Made by a program: the position numbers and the translations under genes. The notes beneath the pieces are model-generated. The model was not told the origin of the DNA. It was given only the letters and a program-made list of their open reading frames with translations, and made no database searches. 64,000 nt of DNA from Chrysomallon squamiferum (Eukaryota > Animalia > Mollusca), in assembly GCA_012295275.1 (NCBI GenBank), contig CM022672.1:11594001-11658000 (forward strand), read 5' to 3'. This document shows positions 28,937 to 43,794 of this stretch, piece after piece (the first letter of the stretch is position 1; every line of letters begins with the position of its first letter).

Positions 28937-30424
28937 AATTTTGTAAAGTTCTGTTTAGGAATAAAAAAATATTTATCAGTAGATTTCCGATAAATATACT
29001 TGTGTCCAGCATAAAAGAAAATGACTAACTGCTGTCAGTCACTTCGAACGTCACAGCTAAATAAAATGATACGTGACAGAATGGCCGAGTTTGAAAATAT
29101 AAGCAGAAAGGACCAACCTAGTGATATCTATTACAACCTAGATTAACAATCGTTGAATGTAAGACACGACAGACAATACTCGTTTATGACTTTAGTATTT
29201 ATTACTAAAACTGATTTTGTATTAATTAATTAATTTATTTAATTTATTTTATATTATTTTTGAATGTTGGAATGCTATTTTTTGTTTCCTTCTTTCTTTC
29301 TTTCTTTCTTTTTTTTGTTAATTCTTCTTCTTTTCTTTATTTTTGTTTTCTCTTGTCTTGTTTTATTTTGTAATTGATTAAAAACTATTTTATTATATTT
29401 AATATTTCTTGTTGAATGCATTTAAATTGTTTTTATTTACTTATTGGCGTATTTATGCGTTTATTTATTTGTTTGTTTGTTATTTTGTATTTATTTATTT
29501 ACTTAAATTTGTTTTTATATCATTTTCTTTTAATGGTCACAGCTCCATCAGTGACAAAGTTTTACAATTACAAATTGCATAAATATTATATATATACAAA
29601 CTGACAGACAGAAATATAGATTAGACAGTTAGATATAGCGATATATATATATATGTGCGCGTGTGTGTGTTAAAATATGTGTTAAAACACAAGTTAGAAT
29701 CTATTTAAGCAAATATTTTAAAAATGTTGAAATGTTTAGAAACAAATATTCGTTCACATCGAAATTAATCACACCGATTTATTCTCAGGAAGTTCACTAA
29801 TAATTCTGAAAAGGAAATAGTGCAACAATAACATAAACTTTAAAGAGTTTAATTTCCCCATTATGCTTCTTTTTCTACCGTTCATCCAATATTTTGCTTT
29901 ATATTCGCATTGGTTATGTGTAATATGTATAAACACACACAATTTAATGATCTTTGAAGAAGTAGATTTTTGTATTTGCCGTTAACGTTGTAAAAATAAA
30001 AATAAAAATTATTTAACGGGTTTCTTCATGCTTCACTTATCAGTTATAAAAATGTAATGGATACCGTAACAAAAAGAAAAAATTCCACCGAAATACCAAG
30101 CGTTGTGTTTTATTGTGTTTTTTCTTTATTTTTTTATTTTTTATTTTTGAACTTAACTCAGAAATCAACACTGTTTTGAAGAAATATTTTTAGTTATTAT
30201 TATTATTTTATTTTTGTTTCCAATGGCAACCAGTGGATCAAAAGTATAGGAAGAACGAACAATAAAATATAATTTTAAAACGGAAAAACTTCCAAGAACA
30301 TTATAAGATTTATTAATGATCGATGATGTTATCATTGATAATACCTCTATTTGTTTTGTGTTGTTCTATTATGTTATTTTTTTAATTTTAATTTTTTTAA
30401 TTTTTTAATTTATTATTTTTTAAT

Positions 30425-31692
30425 TGTCCAAAACCTTTTTGGAGCAGTATACATTAATTTAATGACTACTGCTAGAGAGAGACGTCTAATATGACCACAG
30501 CTGCGCGACAAACTTCTGTTAACCAAAATGGCGTCAATCGTAAAATACTTTTGCATAAAACTTGTTTTAATAGTTACTATTGTGAAATTCAAAGTGAGCG
30601 GCTTTTCCATAAGAAACTGTCAAATTACCCAAACCTCCCAAAATTAACTAACATAGGATATAAATTAGAATGACACTGAGATCTTGGATTTCACAGTTAA
30701 TGGTTGGTCTTTGGAGTCCTGTTTATTATCGTTTAAGCTGTTTTGTTTTTGGATAACGATTGTGTTAAATTTTAAAGGTTAGCTTCCTGAAATTATTTTT
30801 ATTGAAGTTAGTCTTCAGATAGCAAACACACACCACCACTACCGTACACAGAATGATCCTGAACATACCTGTAAATAATAATAATAATAAAAAGAAGAAC
30901 AACAGTAAATTATAATTACTACTACTACTTCTACTACTACTATTATTATACAGAAATATGATATCTGAATTAAATAAATAATGTCACATTTTATAAATCA
31001 TTTATGGGGAACGGTAAATATTAAAAAATCACGCTACAGTTAGCCGTTCCTTAGTGGAATAAAAAGTGCTATAGAAGTAGTTTCACTTTACAAAGTTTCA
31101 AACTTCTGTAGGCAAATTAATTGTTGATTTCTGTCTAATTGTAATCACATCAAGTCGAAATTGAAATAAATTTTTAAAAATATATAAATTTCAAAAATCT
31201 TAATCTAGAGGTTTGAAATAATAATAGTTATATTATGAAGTAATTCGTTATTTATTTATTTATTTATTTTTTATTCATTTGTTCGTTCGTTCGTTCATTT
31301 GTTGTTTGTTTGCTTATTCATTCACTAATTTGATTTTAGAGAATGAGAAATAATAATAATAACAACAACTTTCACACAAAACCGATTCATTCAGATAGAC
31401 AGACAGACAGACATATTGGCAGGTAGGTAGATAGGTTGTAGGTGGTAGGCAAGTAGATAGACAGATAGACATAGAGAAATAAGAAAAAACAAATTCATTT
31501 TCAGAATCTTTTATAAAACCATGTTTTCATGTACTTTTTCATAAAACATTTCGAAGCTACGTACTATGCAAAAACTGATTCATATTAGATATTAACTTTC
31601 AGAAAAGAAGCGAATGTTCCCAAAAACAATTAAACAGAGCAAAGTAAATATTTTTACTTAAAATAACACCCGATACCTTGAATTATTTTCAT
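30425..31692 (-). pseudogene. Truncated GT11 relic (psi1) with an intact MKIIQ start exon
   Basis: Start exon 31692-31677 (ATG AAA ATA ATT CAA G|GTATC). Exon from 30868 reads GMFRIILCTVVVVCVCYLK...TFKI then stops; downstream are GGLGNLTVSYGKAAH and MQKYFTIDAILV, remnants of GGLGNLMFSYASAYGIAAH and LHKYFTLDATLV. The 3' catalytic half is missing. Confidence 0.8.
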
Positions 31693-32589
31693 GTTTGTAA
31701 AACGGTTCGGTTTATGAACAAGGGAAAAAAAAGATTAAAAAATACAGTTGAGTAAACGGTAGAAAAGTTTTGAAATGCTATATGTACGCTTAATACTGCG
31801 TATGTAAATGTCAGTCACGACCAAGTGTAGGACGAAGTTTTATACAGTCAGTAACAGATGGTAGGTGGGTGATGGTAGTGGATGGCTGTAGGTGAGTGAT
31901 GGTTGATGGAACCAGTGAAGTGTGTGAGGAAAGGATTAACACACGGTTCAACAGTCATAGTGAAATAAGAATAATCACTAACCAAAAAGCGGAAAATATA
32001 GCAGAAAAGAAACATAAAAAGTTCATTGAAAAAAATCGTTAAAATCGTATTTCTTATAACATTCCAAAAAAAAAAAAAAATTAAAAATTAAATATAAAAA
32101 TATTCGGATATTTGGTATTATTATTGTTAAATTATAACTTAATAAATATTATTTTAATGTCAGCACACATACATAAAGTATCTGTTTAAAATTCTGACAA
32201 AATAATGAAATTTTAATAATTACTGTGAATTATTTTAAAGTCAACGCACGAATATATGTGTTTAAAATTCGGTGAACACAACGAAGTGTTAATCACTAAT
32301 CCATATCATCTGAATGCGATCGACTAAGTTCGTGAAAGCTCAGAGTTACAACTGTGGTTGTTTTGTACAAACAACAACAACAACAAAACAATTTAAATTC
32401 GAATTAAACTCCCAAATAAATTTTTGTAAGTGAATTATTTCTAATCTTGATAATATATTTAAAAGAAAGCCTACTCATTTTTATTCACTTTTTATTTCAC
32501 AGAAATATGTCCAAAATTCATATTTTGTTGAACTGTCTGATAATCCTTTCCTCACACACTTTTTTTCAGATCATCAAATCATACTTGTA

Positions 32590-33841
32590 TTACTCCATTC
32601 CGATCCACCCTGGGTAGAAATAATCTGAAAAGTCTTTCGAGAAATGTTTTCTTAATTTTGAGCCTTCCTTAGCTGGATGTTTGTAATACACAGTTGTTCC
32701 TCCTGTTAGAAATCCAGCCCACCATCCAAACGTACCCACCGTCATTATAGTGTGATTACAGTGGATAAGAACACTCATATCCACTTCCCTTGAATTACCG
32801 CGAACGAAGACAACGTTTGGACCTTTTATGTTATCCTTTGACCACTTCATGTCGTCAGAACAAACCACAAATAAAACTTTCGAAAAATTCCGAGTGAAAT
32901 AATTCATGGCATTTTCTATGTACTGTTTAGGTGCAACAGTATAACCAAAATTAATATTTGATTTCTGTTTTACAATATCACCGCGTCTGACATGAATTCC
33001 AACGAATGTTAATTCTTCTGACTTAATTTTAACAGCATCGCCATTTTGTTTTTTTAAGTAATTATTTGTGAGATTGGTGATGATTTTTTGTGCTTTTTCT
33101 GATATCTCAGGTTTAAACGTGAACTGCTTTTTAATTTCTTTTACAACCGTCTCAAAATATTTCCAAGACTGAAGATAGAGTCCAACTTTGTAGTTTTTGC
33201 CTTTTGTTAAATTAAAAAGGTTCTCATCAAACGAACAGTGCTGTTTACAATATTTAACAATAGATTTACGGCAAATACACTCAGGAACCGAGGTGGCGTC
33301 CAGTGTAAAATACTTGTGCAGAAGATGTGATTTTGTTCCTACTAATGTGGAATTCAAGTGAGCTGCTATTCCATATGCCGATGCATAAGAAAACATCAAA
33401 TTTCCTAGACGTCCCTTTGTTGTTTCACATATAAAATCTGATGGTACTGGATTCTTACACTCTTCTTGTCTGATCTTGGAATCATGTTTCAAAGTGGGTC
33501 TGTTGTATAGCAGATAGCCACAAGAAATTACATTAATGACTGTCAACAGCCAAATGCAATGTAATCGACCTGAAAATAAATAAATAAATAAAACAATTTA
33601 TGAATTAAGACAAATTAATTAATTCACATTTGTAATAAGAAAAACGAACATTAACGAAAATATTCATATTTATCTGTCCGTCTGTCTGACACATTGCTTA
33701 TGACAACAAGATCGAAATAAGTCGAAATCTGCAGAAAAAGCAAAACAACAGAAGATAAAATATTCAGTACATTTTAAAAATTGATTTGTTACCTTTCATT
33801 TGAAGAAATCGCTTTCCGAAACAAAAACTGGAAGACGACAT
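32590..33841 (-). CDS. GT11 alpha-1,2-fucosyltransferase-like, copy B
   Basis: Start exon 33841-33793 (MSSSSFCFGKRFLQMK, G|GTAAC) plus exon 33569-32590; GRLGNLMF, HVRRGD, GTFGWW; shorter, different stem region. Confidence 0.93.
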
Positions 33842-35553
33842 ATTTGAAATATCGATAAAACTCTCTGGGTTTGATGTTGGTTTTTTTTCCAATAACCAGT
33901 TCAATAAATATAAAAACCTTCTGCATGTAAAATGACACAAACTAATGTGATATGAGGCAGACTACGTTATTGTTGGGCAGTCAAACGGATCCACAGTTGA
34001 AAACCCCGGTTGAAGAATAACATAAATCATTTGTATCAACTACCTTATATGATATTATCAACAAAAATATTAGGAACAGACATCTATAGCCGCATTGGTT
34101 TAAAATATTTATTATCTTGAAACAGAATAAACACGTCTTTAAATATTTTTGACCATCCTTCTGAGCAAAAGTCTGAACATTTTTATTAATTTATTATTAT
34201 TATTATTATTTATTTTATTTTAATTAATAAACAAGTGTGACACGAATTTTTTTTATTAAAAATATCGGGCGCCACCAATTTTTAGCTGTCGTGAAAAATC
34301 CGCCATATAAGCGATGACATTACGACTCTACTTAGGAAATTATCGATTTCGCGACAAAGAAAAAAAAGAATTTACAAGAATTTCAGAGCAAAACTACTTA
34401 TTTATTTTAATTTTATTATTATTTTTTGGTTTATGCCACATATATTGCAAAAAGAGATAATGATGTCTTTCTAACATCAATTCTTTTTCATTAATATGCA
34501 ATAATAATAATACATGCCTACGTATGTACATACATGCATACATAGATAAACAGACAGACACACATAAAGATAAATAGACAGATAGATAGATAGGCAAATA
34601 GCTAGCTAGATAGATAGATATATAGAGATAGAAAATATTAATAATTATAATAATAATAATAAGAAGAAGAACAAGAAGAACAATTGTTGTAAAACAACAA
34701 AAATATAAATAATAAAATTAAAAGTGTTATATATGCTGATTTTCGTGTTTTGGTTGTTTGTTATTTTTTTTTACTACTTTGTCTACTTCATAAATGTACT
34801 GCTTATAGTTTATGTTTTCAAGATGCTTTGCCTGTTATGAAAGAGTTGATTGTATATATTAATATATGACATTAAAAAAATGATCTTGAATTAAAAATAA
34901 AATAAAACAAAGTAAATAAATAAATGGCAGAGTTCAGTTATAAACAAATGAATGATTATATATTTGTGTAACATAGTTTAATATAATTTAGTAAGAGAGA
35001 AAAACAAATAAAAAGCAGAGTTAATTTAAAACATTTAAAAGAGCATATTCGTGAAATCGAGCCAATCGTTTTCATCAAGAAGTCTCACTTGAATTAGTGA
35101 TTTATCTTCAGTGAATCAGCAACTTGCGCGCATCATGGAGCAAGCTGGGATTACCTTCTTTATAACAAAATATCAAATACCTGTAATCAATGTGGTGATA
35201 TAATCAATACTCTGGTGTAGCAGCTCTCCAAAATGATCCCCCAGGAAATTCACAGTAGAGTATTTTTGGGACAGGGGATTTGTTAAGTCGTAAAAGTATC
35301 ATATACAACGGGCCCCACACGATATATTTGCAACCTGTATGGAGAAATCAACATAATAATAATAATAAAATAAAGACAACAAAGAGATAACTAAATAATA
35401 ATAAGACGAAGACGAAGAAGAACTACAACAAGAAGCAGAACAAAAACAAGATCTATATGAACAAAAACAATAGCAATTTTAATAATAAAATTAAAAATTA
35501 AACTAAATTAAATGCGCTACACATTTTGATTTGATTTCCGGGTTTCGTTTTCC

Positions 35554-35600
<47 letters not shown>

Positions 35601-37177
35601 GATTATGCTCGTTGTTGTTGTTTTGTTGTTTTTTCTTTTTTATTGTTGTTTCTTTTTTTCATAAAAATATTGGTCATACTTTATATTTTCAATTTGTCTC
35701 TGTCTATCGAAGAAAGACTTGGCTATGTATTAATATATGAAATTAAAATGGTGACTCTGAATTAAAAATAAATAAAATAAAATAAAGAAAAATAAATAAA
35801 TATTACAGTTGAGTTATAATAGTAACGAAAGAACGGAAAAAGCAAAACGAAAGAAACAAACATTCAAATATATAAACAAATACATATTACAGTTCAATTA
35901 TAACAGTTACTTAAGACAGAAAAATAAACACATAAATAGCAGAGAAGTAGTGAGTTATCTGACTTCCATGGGTGGCGCAGTGTGTACCTGTACAGCGATT
36001 TTATTGTTTACGACAAAAGTCATTGGAAACAACGGGAAGTTACTATTGAATTTATCACAATTTGTTGTTCTGTGCAAAGTTATCTCTTAAGGGGAGGAAT
36101 TTTGTCATCGTAATAAATCCTGTTTGCCAATAACAGCGTACATCTATTGTTCGATTTTATCACGAAAATTAACCAATTGAACAGAGGCTTGAAAAGTTAT
36201 ATGAAAATTTTATTAGAATAAATATTAGAATAAACATCATTAAATTTAAGGACAAATTTCCTACGTAAGAGACAAAAAAAAAAAAAAATAAAAAAATAAA
36301 TATAAATAAATAAATAAATAAATAATGTAGATCAGTAAAAATTAAGCTACGTAAGAGAGAAAAACAAATAAATAGCAGAATTAAGTGAAAACGTTCTAGA
36401 GAGGTTATTCGTGAAATCGGGGCGATTGTTTGCAATAAGAATTCTGCAGAATGTGTTAATTGAATTCGAAGTTTCATCAATGAATCAGCACTTTTCATCT
36501 ATTAGTGCTCAAACTAAGATTGCCTTGTTTTCAACAAAATAACAGATACCTGTAATAAATACCACGATAGAACGACACGATAACCTATAATGACACGTTT
36601 AGAAATAAACAGAATGATTCTATTTATAAAAGTACTCTGTGCAACTATTCAGTTAAGGTATGTCTTACAGGTATATACAGAGCAAACAGTCACGACGAAT
36701 AAAAAAGAGTTTCTTGAATAGGCTAACAAAAACCGATAAATTATGAAATAATCTGTAATTTAATAATAAGAATAAGAAGAAGAAAGAAGAAGAAGATGAA
36801 GAAGATTGTCATTTTACTGATCTTTTTTCTGATAATAACGTACATCTATTGTATTATGTCAACTCACACATATAGTGAATGTTCATGAATCTAAAATAGT
36901 GTCAACTTTTTCAAATTTTAATGATAATATCTGGTGTCGTGAATATTCACGTATTTAAAATATATTTTAGATGCTTACTAATCAGTGAGATAAATTTTAT
37001 AGTTTAAATGTCAACATAAAATGAAATTATATATTAAGCATTTAAAATCAAATCAAATATGAAATTTCACTATTAAATATATCATATGAATGTTATTAAA
37101 ACATAGAGTAATATTTTTAAATTCCTGTGAACTACGCTACATTTTAGTACTAATCTATGTTATTTGAATATCAATAC

Positions 37178-37695
37178 CTGGAGTTACGACTGCTCCAACT
37201 TAAGAGTTTTTCGAGTTACGAGCTACGAGCAGTCGCCCGATCGGTTTGTGCTTTGAGTTTCGAGCCAGAATCTAAGTTACGAACTTCAAAAACGCCGCCT
37301 CTAGCTGGCACAACGAACAACAACATCCACCCAGCATCCCGCGTCTCACTCGTTTACTTCACGTGGTTACCTCGCCGCGGAAGCATCTCTGTTGTGTTGT
37401 GTTCGAGTTTTGTGCGGTATTTTGCCAAATTTCCATAGATCCTAAGAAAGTGAGTGCAAAGGACAGTGCTGAGAATAAGAAACGGATGATGTCCATTGAA
37501 TTAAAGCATGAAATCAGAAAAACATGAGAGAGGAGTGCGTGTAGTCAACATGGCTAGGCAGTATGAGTGTAGTACTTCTATGATATGTACCATACTGAAG
37601 CAGAAGTCGATAAAGGTCATAACTCAAGCCAAAGACATTAAAATAATTTCTAAGCTTCGGACCTCTGTCCATGAAAAGACAGACAAACGCTAATC
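37178..37695 (+). mobile_element. Decayed pogo/Tigger-like DNA transposon 5' fragment (CENP-B-type HTH)
   Basis: Frameshifted translation DPKKVSAKDSAENKKRMMSIELKHEI.EKHERGVRVVNMARQYECSTSMICTILKQK resembles the N-terminal HTH of Tigger transposases. Absent from the paralogous site (~43760-43795: tactaatctatattatttgaatgtcaata continues with no insert). Confidence 0.8.
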
Positions 37696-38158
37696 TGTAC
37701 ACTTTACAAAACCATTTTATTTTTTAACATTTTTACATTTTTGCATAAAATTCGACAAAATAATGAAATTTTAATAACTATTCTGTATTATTTTAAAGTC
37801 AACGCACGAATATATGTGTTTAAAATTCGGTGAACACAACGAAGTGTTAATCACTAATCCATATCATCTGAATACGATCGACTAAGTTTGTGAAATCTCA
37901 GTTATATAAGTTGATTGTTTTGTACAAAACAACAACAACAACAACAAAACAAAACAAATCGTAATTAAAACCAATTTAAGTTCCTTTTAATCTGCTAAAC
38001 AAATTTATTTTTGTGAGTAAACTATTTTTAATCTTGATAATATATTTGAAAGAAAGCCTACTCACTTTTAATCACTTTTTATTTCACAGAAATATGTCCA
38101 AAATTCATAATAAAAGTTTGGTCTATAGGGTATCACATAGACATACTTTCCTCTAACT

Positions 38159-38624
38159 CAGGGGCGGGCAAAGTCCGATTTATTGTCTGGCCCGCCAAAC
38201 TGTTCACAATTAATATTGCCAATACGGCCCTCGAGACAGAAAAACAAAAGTCAATGAAACAAAGTCAGTGGACAGAGCTACTTTTTATTCAAGTCACACT
38301 AGTTTAAAATGTAAGGCGTCTCGAAGGCGCTCGTCGAATCAGTAGTGCCCCGCATCCCAATTTTGAATGGCTTCTTACTTCACACAATTCAAAATATGCA
38401 AACTATAACGATCGTTATTTCAGTCCTGTCTCAATTACACACGCGGGCGAATTGTGCTATGATAACGTCTTGCTGTTATGAACAGAAGTGGTTTTTACTG
38501 TTAATTTATTGTTTTAAATAATTCACGTTTTGAAATCTTTTTTGTTCTCATTTCATATTCTGGCCCTCATGCTCTTCCTATAAGATCCATGCGGCCCCTG
38601 TTTTAAAAAACGTGCACGCCCCTG
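38159..38624. mobile_element. Non-autonomous hAT-like element (MITE), 466 bp
   Basis: TIRs CAGGGGCGGGCAAAG / CGTGCACGCCCCTG; 8-bp TSD CTCTAACT at 38151-38158 and 38625-38632; paralogous empty site tttcctctaactgaaagtac at ~44322. Confidence 0.92.
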
Positions 38625-38705
38625 CTCTAACTCAAAATACTATCCTTATTAAAAACATAAATCATTATGGAGATAACTTTTTCAGAGCATAAAATCATAC
38701 TTGTA

Positions 38706-40223
38706 TTATTCCATTCCAATCCACCCTGGGTAGAAATAATCTGAAAAGTCTTTTGAGAAATGTTTTCTTAATTTTGAGCCTTCCTTAGCTGGATGTTTAT
38801 AATACACAGTTGTTCCTCCTGTTAGAAATCCAGCCCACCATCCAAACGTACCCACCGTCATTATAGTGTGATTACAGTGGATAAGAACACTCATATCCAC
38901 TTCCCTTGAATTACCACGAACGAAGACAACGTTCGGACGTTTTATGTTATCCTTTGACCATGTTATGTCGTCAGAACAAACCACAAATAAAACATTCCAA
39001 AAACTCCGAGTGAAAAAATTCATGGCATTTTCTATGTATTGTTTAGATACAATATGATAGCCATACTTAATAAAACGTTTCTGTTTTACAATATCACCGC
39101 GTCTGATGTGAATTCCGACGAATGTTAATTCTTCCGACTTAATTTTAATACTATCGCCATTTTGTTTTTTTAAATAATCATTTGTGATATTTCTGATAAT
39201 TGTTTCAGCTTTCTTCGATATCTCAGGTTTAAACGTGAACTGCTTTTTAATTTCTTTTACAACGGTCTCAAAGTATTTCCAAGACTGAAGATAGAGTCCA
39301 ACTTTGTAGTTTTTACCTTTTGTTAAATTAAAAAGGTTCCCGTCAAACGAACAGTGCTGTTTACAATTTTTAACAATAGATTTACGGTAAATACACTCAG
39401 GAACCGAGGTGGCGTCCAGTGTAAAATACTTGTGCAGAGGATGTGATTTTGTTGTCACTAATGTGGAATTCAAGTGAGCTGCTATTCCATACGCCGATGC
39501 ATAAGAAAACATCAAATTTCCAAGACCTCCCTTTGTTGTTTCACGTATAAATCCTGATGGGACTGGATTCTTACACTTGATAATTGTCGATATGGTCACA
39601 TTCTCAACTGCTTTAGTGGTACTTAGTAACGTACATTTTGGCTTGTTAATAGTAGGAATTTCTTTAGTTTTCTTCTTGAATTGAATCAGAAGACAGAATG
39701 GGAAAATAATCATAATCACTGTCAACAAATGAACACAATGTAAGCCACCTGTAAATAAACAGAAATGTAATTAGGAATGAAAGAAACAAAAAGACTGATA
39801 TATGTTGTCTGTCTATCCGTCTATCTGCCTTCCTCACTATCTGTAAAGCGATTGATTAATTAACTGGTTGTCCATCAATCCATCTATCAATCAGTCAGTC
39901 AGTAATTAAACAATCTCCTTCTATTTCTGTCTCTATAACCTACCTACATTGATACATGGCTACTTATCCCTGTATGCCTCTGTGTGCATGTATGTAGATG
40001 CAAACACATATGCATATATATACATACGTACATATATACATACACACAAACACACACATATATTTATATAGATATACAAAAAGAATTAAAGAAAAAGATA
40101 AAATCTAATTACAAAATATTTTTTCTTTTTAAAAGGTAACTAAATTAAATACACTAAAATATTTATTAATTTACCTTTCTTCCGAAAAAATGGTTTTCCG
40201 AAGCAAATATATATAAAATTCAT
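38706..40223 (-). CDS. GT11 alpha-1,2-fucosyltransferase-like, copy C
   Basis: Start exon 40223-40175 (MNFIYICFGKPFFRKK, G|GTAAAT) plus exon 39748-38706; all GT11 motifs present (HIRRGD variant). Confidence 0.93.
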
Positions 40224-41409
40224 AATTTTGTAAAGTTCTGTTTAGGAATAAAAAATTATTTATCAGTAGATTTCCGATAAATATACTTGTGTCCAGCATA
40301 AAAGAAAATGTCTAACTGCTGTCAGTCACTTCGAACGTCACAGCTAAAGAAAGGAAGGTATTATCTGGAAAACGATACGTGACAGAATGGCCGAGTTTGA
40401 AAATAAAAGAAGAAAGGACCAACCTAGTAATATCTATTACAACCTAGATTAACAATCATTGAATGTAAGACACGACAGACAATACTCGTTTAATATTTCT
40501 TACTAAAACTGATTTTGTATTTTATTTATTTATTTACTTATTTTATTTTATTTTTAAATGTTGGAATGTTAATTTTTGTTTGTTTGTTTGTTTCTTTCTT
40601 TTTTTTGTTAATTCTTTTCTTTTCTTTATTTTTTTTTTTTTTTTTTTTTTGTCTTGTTTTATTTTTAATTGATTAAAAATCAATTTATTATATTTAATAT
40701 TTGTTGTTTGGATGCGTTTAAGCTGTTTTTATACACTTATTGGTGTATCTATTTATTTATTTGTTTGTTTGTTTATTATTTTTTATTTATTTATTTACTT
40801 TAATTTGTTTTTTTGTCATTTTCTTTTAATGGTCACAGTTCCATCAGTGAAAAAGTTTTATAATTACAAATTGCATATATATATATATACACACACACAG
40901 ACAGACAGACAGAAATAGAGATAGATAGTTAGATATTACGATGTACATATATAAATATATATGTGTTTGTGTTAAAATATGTTGAGATTTTTTTAAATAC
41001 TCATTCACAAAACACATATGTTAAGATGTATTTAAGCAAATATTTGTTTAAATGTTTAAAAATATTGAAGAGTTTATAATCAAATATTCGTTCACATCGA
41101 AATTAATCAGACCGATTTATTCTCAGGAAGTGGACTAAAGATAATAGTGACAACAATAACAAAAACTTTAAAATTAATTCGTTCTTTGATTTAAAGAGTT
41201 TAATTTTCCCCATTATGTTTCTACCCCTAATCCAATATTTTGCTTTATATTCGTATTGATTATGTGTAATATGTATAAACATACACACTTTAATGATGTT
41301 TGAAGAAATAGATTTTTGTATTTCCCGTTAATCTTGTAAAAATAAAAATAAAATTTTTTAACGGTTTTCTTCATGCTTCACATGTCAATTATAAAAAACA
41401 AGGGATACC

Positions 41410-41446
<37 letters not shown>

Positions 41447-42355
41447 AAATACCAAGTATGCTGTTTTATTGTGTTTTCTTTATATATATATATTTTTTTT
41501 TTATTGTCCAAAAACTTTTTGGAACTGAATTTGATTTTACCGAACAGAATGAGAAATAATAATAACAACAACAACTTTCACACAAAACCGATAACACTAT
41601 TGAAAAACTAAAATAAATATTGACAAAAAAAGTTCAATGATTTGAAATCATTGTCCTCCAGATATACTTTAGTTTAATGGCGATTATATATGTGTAAAAA
41701 TTATTTAATAATAATTACAATGATTTAGTAGAATATATTTTTCAAAGTGTGAAAATATTATCACTGTTTAATGTTTATAAATAGATAGTTTGTTAGATAG
41801 ACAGATAGATAGATAGATAGATAGATAGAAAGATAGACTACATGGTTATAGTTGAATCTGTACTTGTAAATGAACTGTTGCTATACAAAGCTTTACTAAG
41901 GAACTATAGACAGACTACTCTGAATTTCATTTTAAATGCGGCCTATTGTTTTTTTTGAAGTATTAAGAAACGTGTCCTTATACACGTATATATGTCATTA
42001 TGCTTGAAAATCACAATTCGCAATGAACGAGATGACGTTACGACTCTACTTATAAAGTGTAAAATGGCGATTTCACACAAAGTCAATTTTATACGAACAT
42101 TAATTTGTTGTCATACTTACGAGCAGTGATAGGTCCAAAACAGTGAAATAAGAACTGAAAAATATTAAGTATTTTATTGGACTTTTTATTCGAACCATGA
42201 GAAGTACGTTTTATTAACGATGTGAATAATCGCGTTTATAAATTTAGTGTACGTAAAGAAAATAGTATTACAAACTATAAATGTTAAAATTCTCGATTTC
42301 GCGACTGAAAAAACAAAAAAATCTACAGGAATTTCAGAGCAAAAATATTTATTTA

Positions 42356-42395
<40 letters not shown>

Positions 42396-43411
42396 TTTCA
42401 TGTCACCTATATTACAAAAAGATGTTATGATATCTTTCTAATATCACTGACATAGTAAATATACATTTATCAGTTCATTTTCATTAATACGCAATAATAA
42501 TAATAATAATGCATACTCTGTAATAATGCATAATAATGTTACATATATATATATATAACAATTGATAAATAAATAAAAAAACAAAACAAAAAACATAACA
42601 ACATATAAACAAACAAATAAGTAAATATTACAGTTCAATTATAATAGTTACTTAAGACAGAAGGTTCTCTTGAATTTTTCACAATGGTACTTACTTCTTG
42701 CTCAGTGACAAAAGGGGAGTAATTTTGTCATCGTATTAAATTCTGGTTGCCAGTAACAGCGTACATCTATTGTCCGATTTTATCACGACAATTAACCAAC
42801 GAACAAAGGTTTCTAAAGCTATATGAACATTTTATTAGAATAAATATTACAATAAATATCATTAAATTTAAGAAAAAACTTCGTATGTATGCGAAAAAAA
42901 TCAAACAAACAAACAAACAAATAAATAAATAAATAAATAAATAAATAGTATAGATCAGTAAAAATAAAGCTACGTAAGAGACAAAAACAAATAAATAGCA
43001 GAATTAAGTGAAAACGTTCTAGAGAGGTTATTCGTGAAATCGGAACGATTGTTTGCAATAAGAATTCTACAGAAAGAGTTAATCGAATTTGAATTTTTCA
43101 TCAATGAATCAGCACCTTTCATCCATCAGTGCTCAGACTAAGATTGCCTTGTTTTCAACAAAATAACAGATACCTGTAATAAATACCACGATAGAACGAC
43201 ACGATAACCTACAATGACACGTTTAGAAATAAATCAGACTGGTTCTGTTTATAAGATACACTATTCAGTTACAAAAGTACTCTCTGGAACTATTCAGTTA
43301 AGGTATGTCTTACAGAGCAAACAGTCGGTTACGAATTAAAAAGAGTTTCTTGAATAGACTAACAAATACCAATAAATTATGAAATAACCTGTAATTTAAT
43401 AATAATAATAA

Positions 43412-43442
<31 letters not shown>

Positions 43443-43794
43443 AAGAAGGAGAAGAAGAAGAAAAGAAGAAGGAGATTAATAAAATAATAAGAATGCTATT
43501 ATTTTACTGAAGTTCTATATATATATATAAAACTGACAATGTTTAAACTATGTGAATACATATATATATATATATATGTATATATGTATATATATATGTT
43601 AATGTAAGCAGAATGTAAAACATATATATGTTAGATGCTTACAAAATACTAAGTATTTAAAATCAAATCAAATATCAAATTTTACTATTAAATATATCAT
43701 ATGAATGTTATTAAAACATAGAGCAATATGTTTAAGATCCTATGAAATATGCGACATTTTAGTACTAATCTATATTATTTGAATGTCAATAAAT

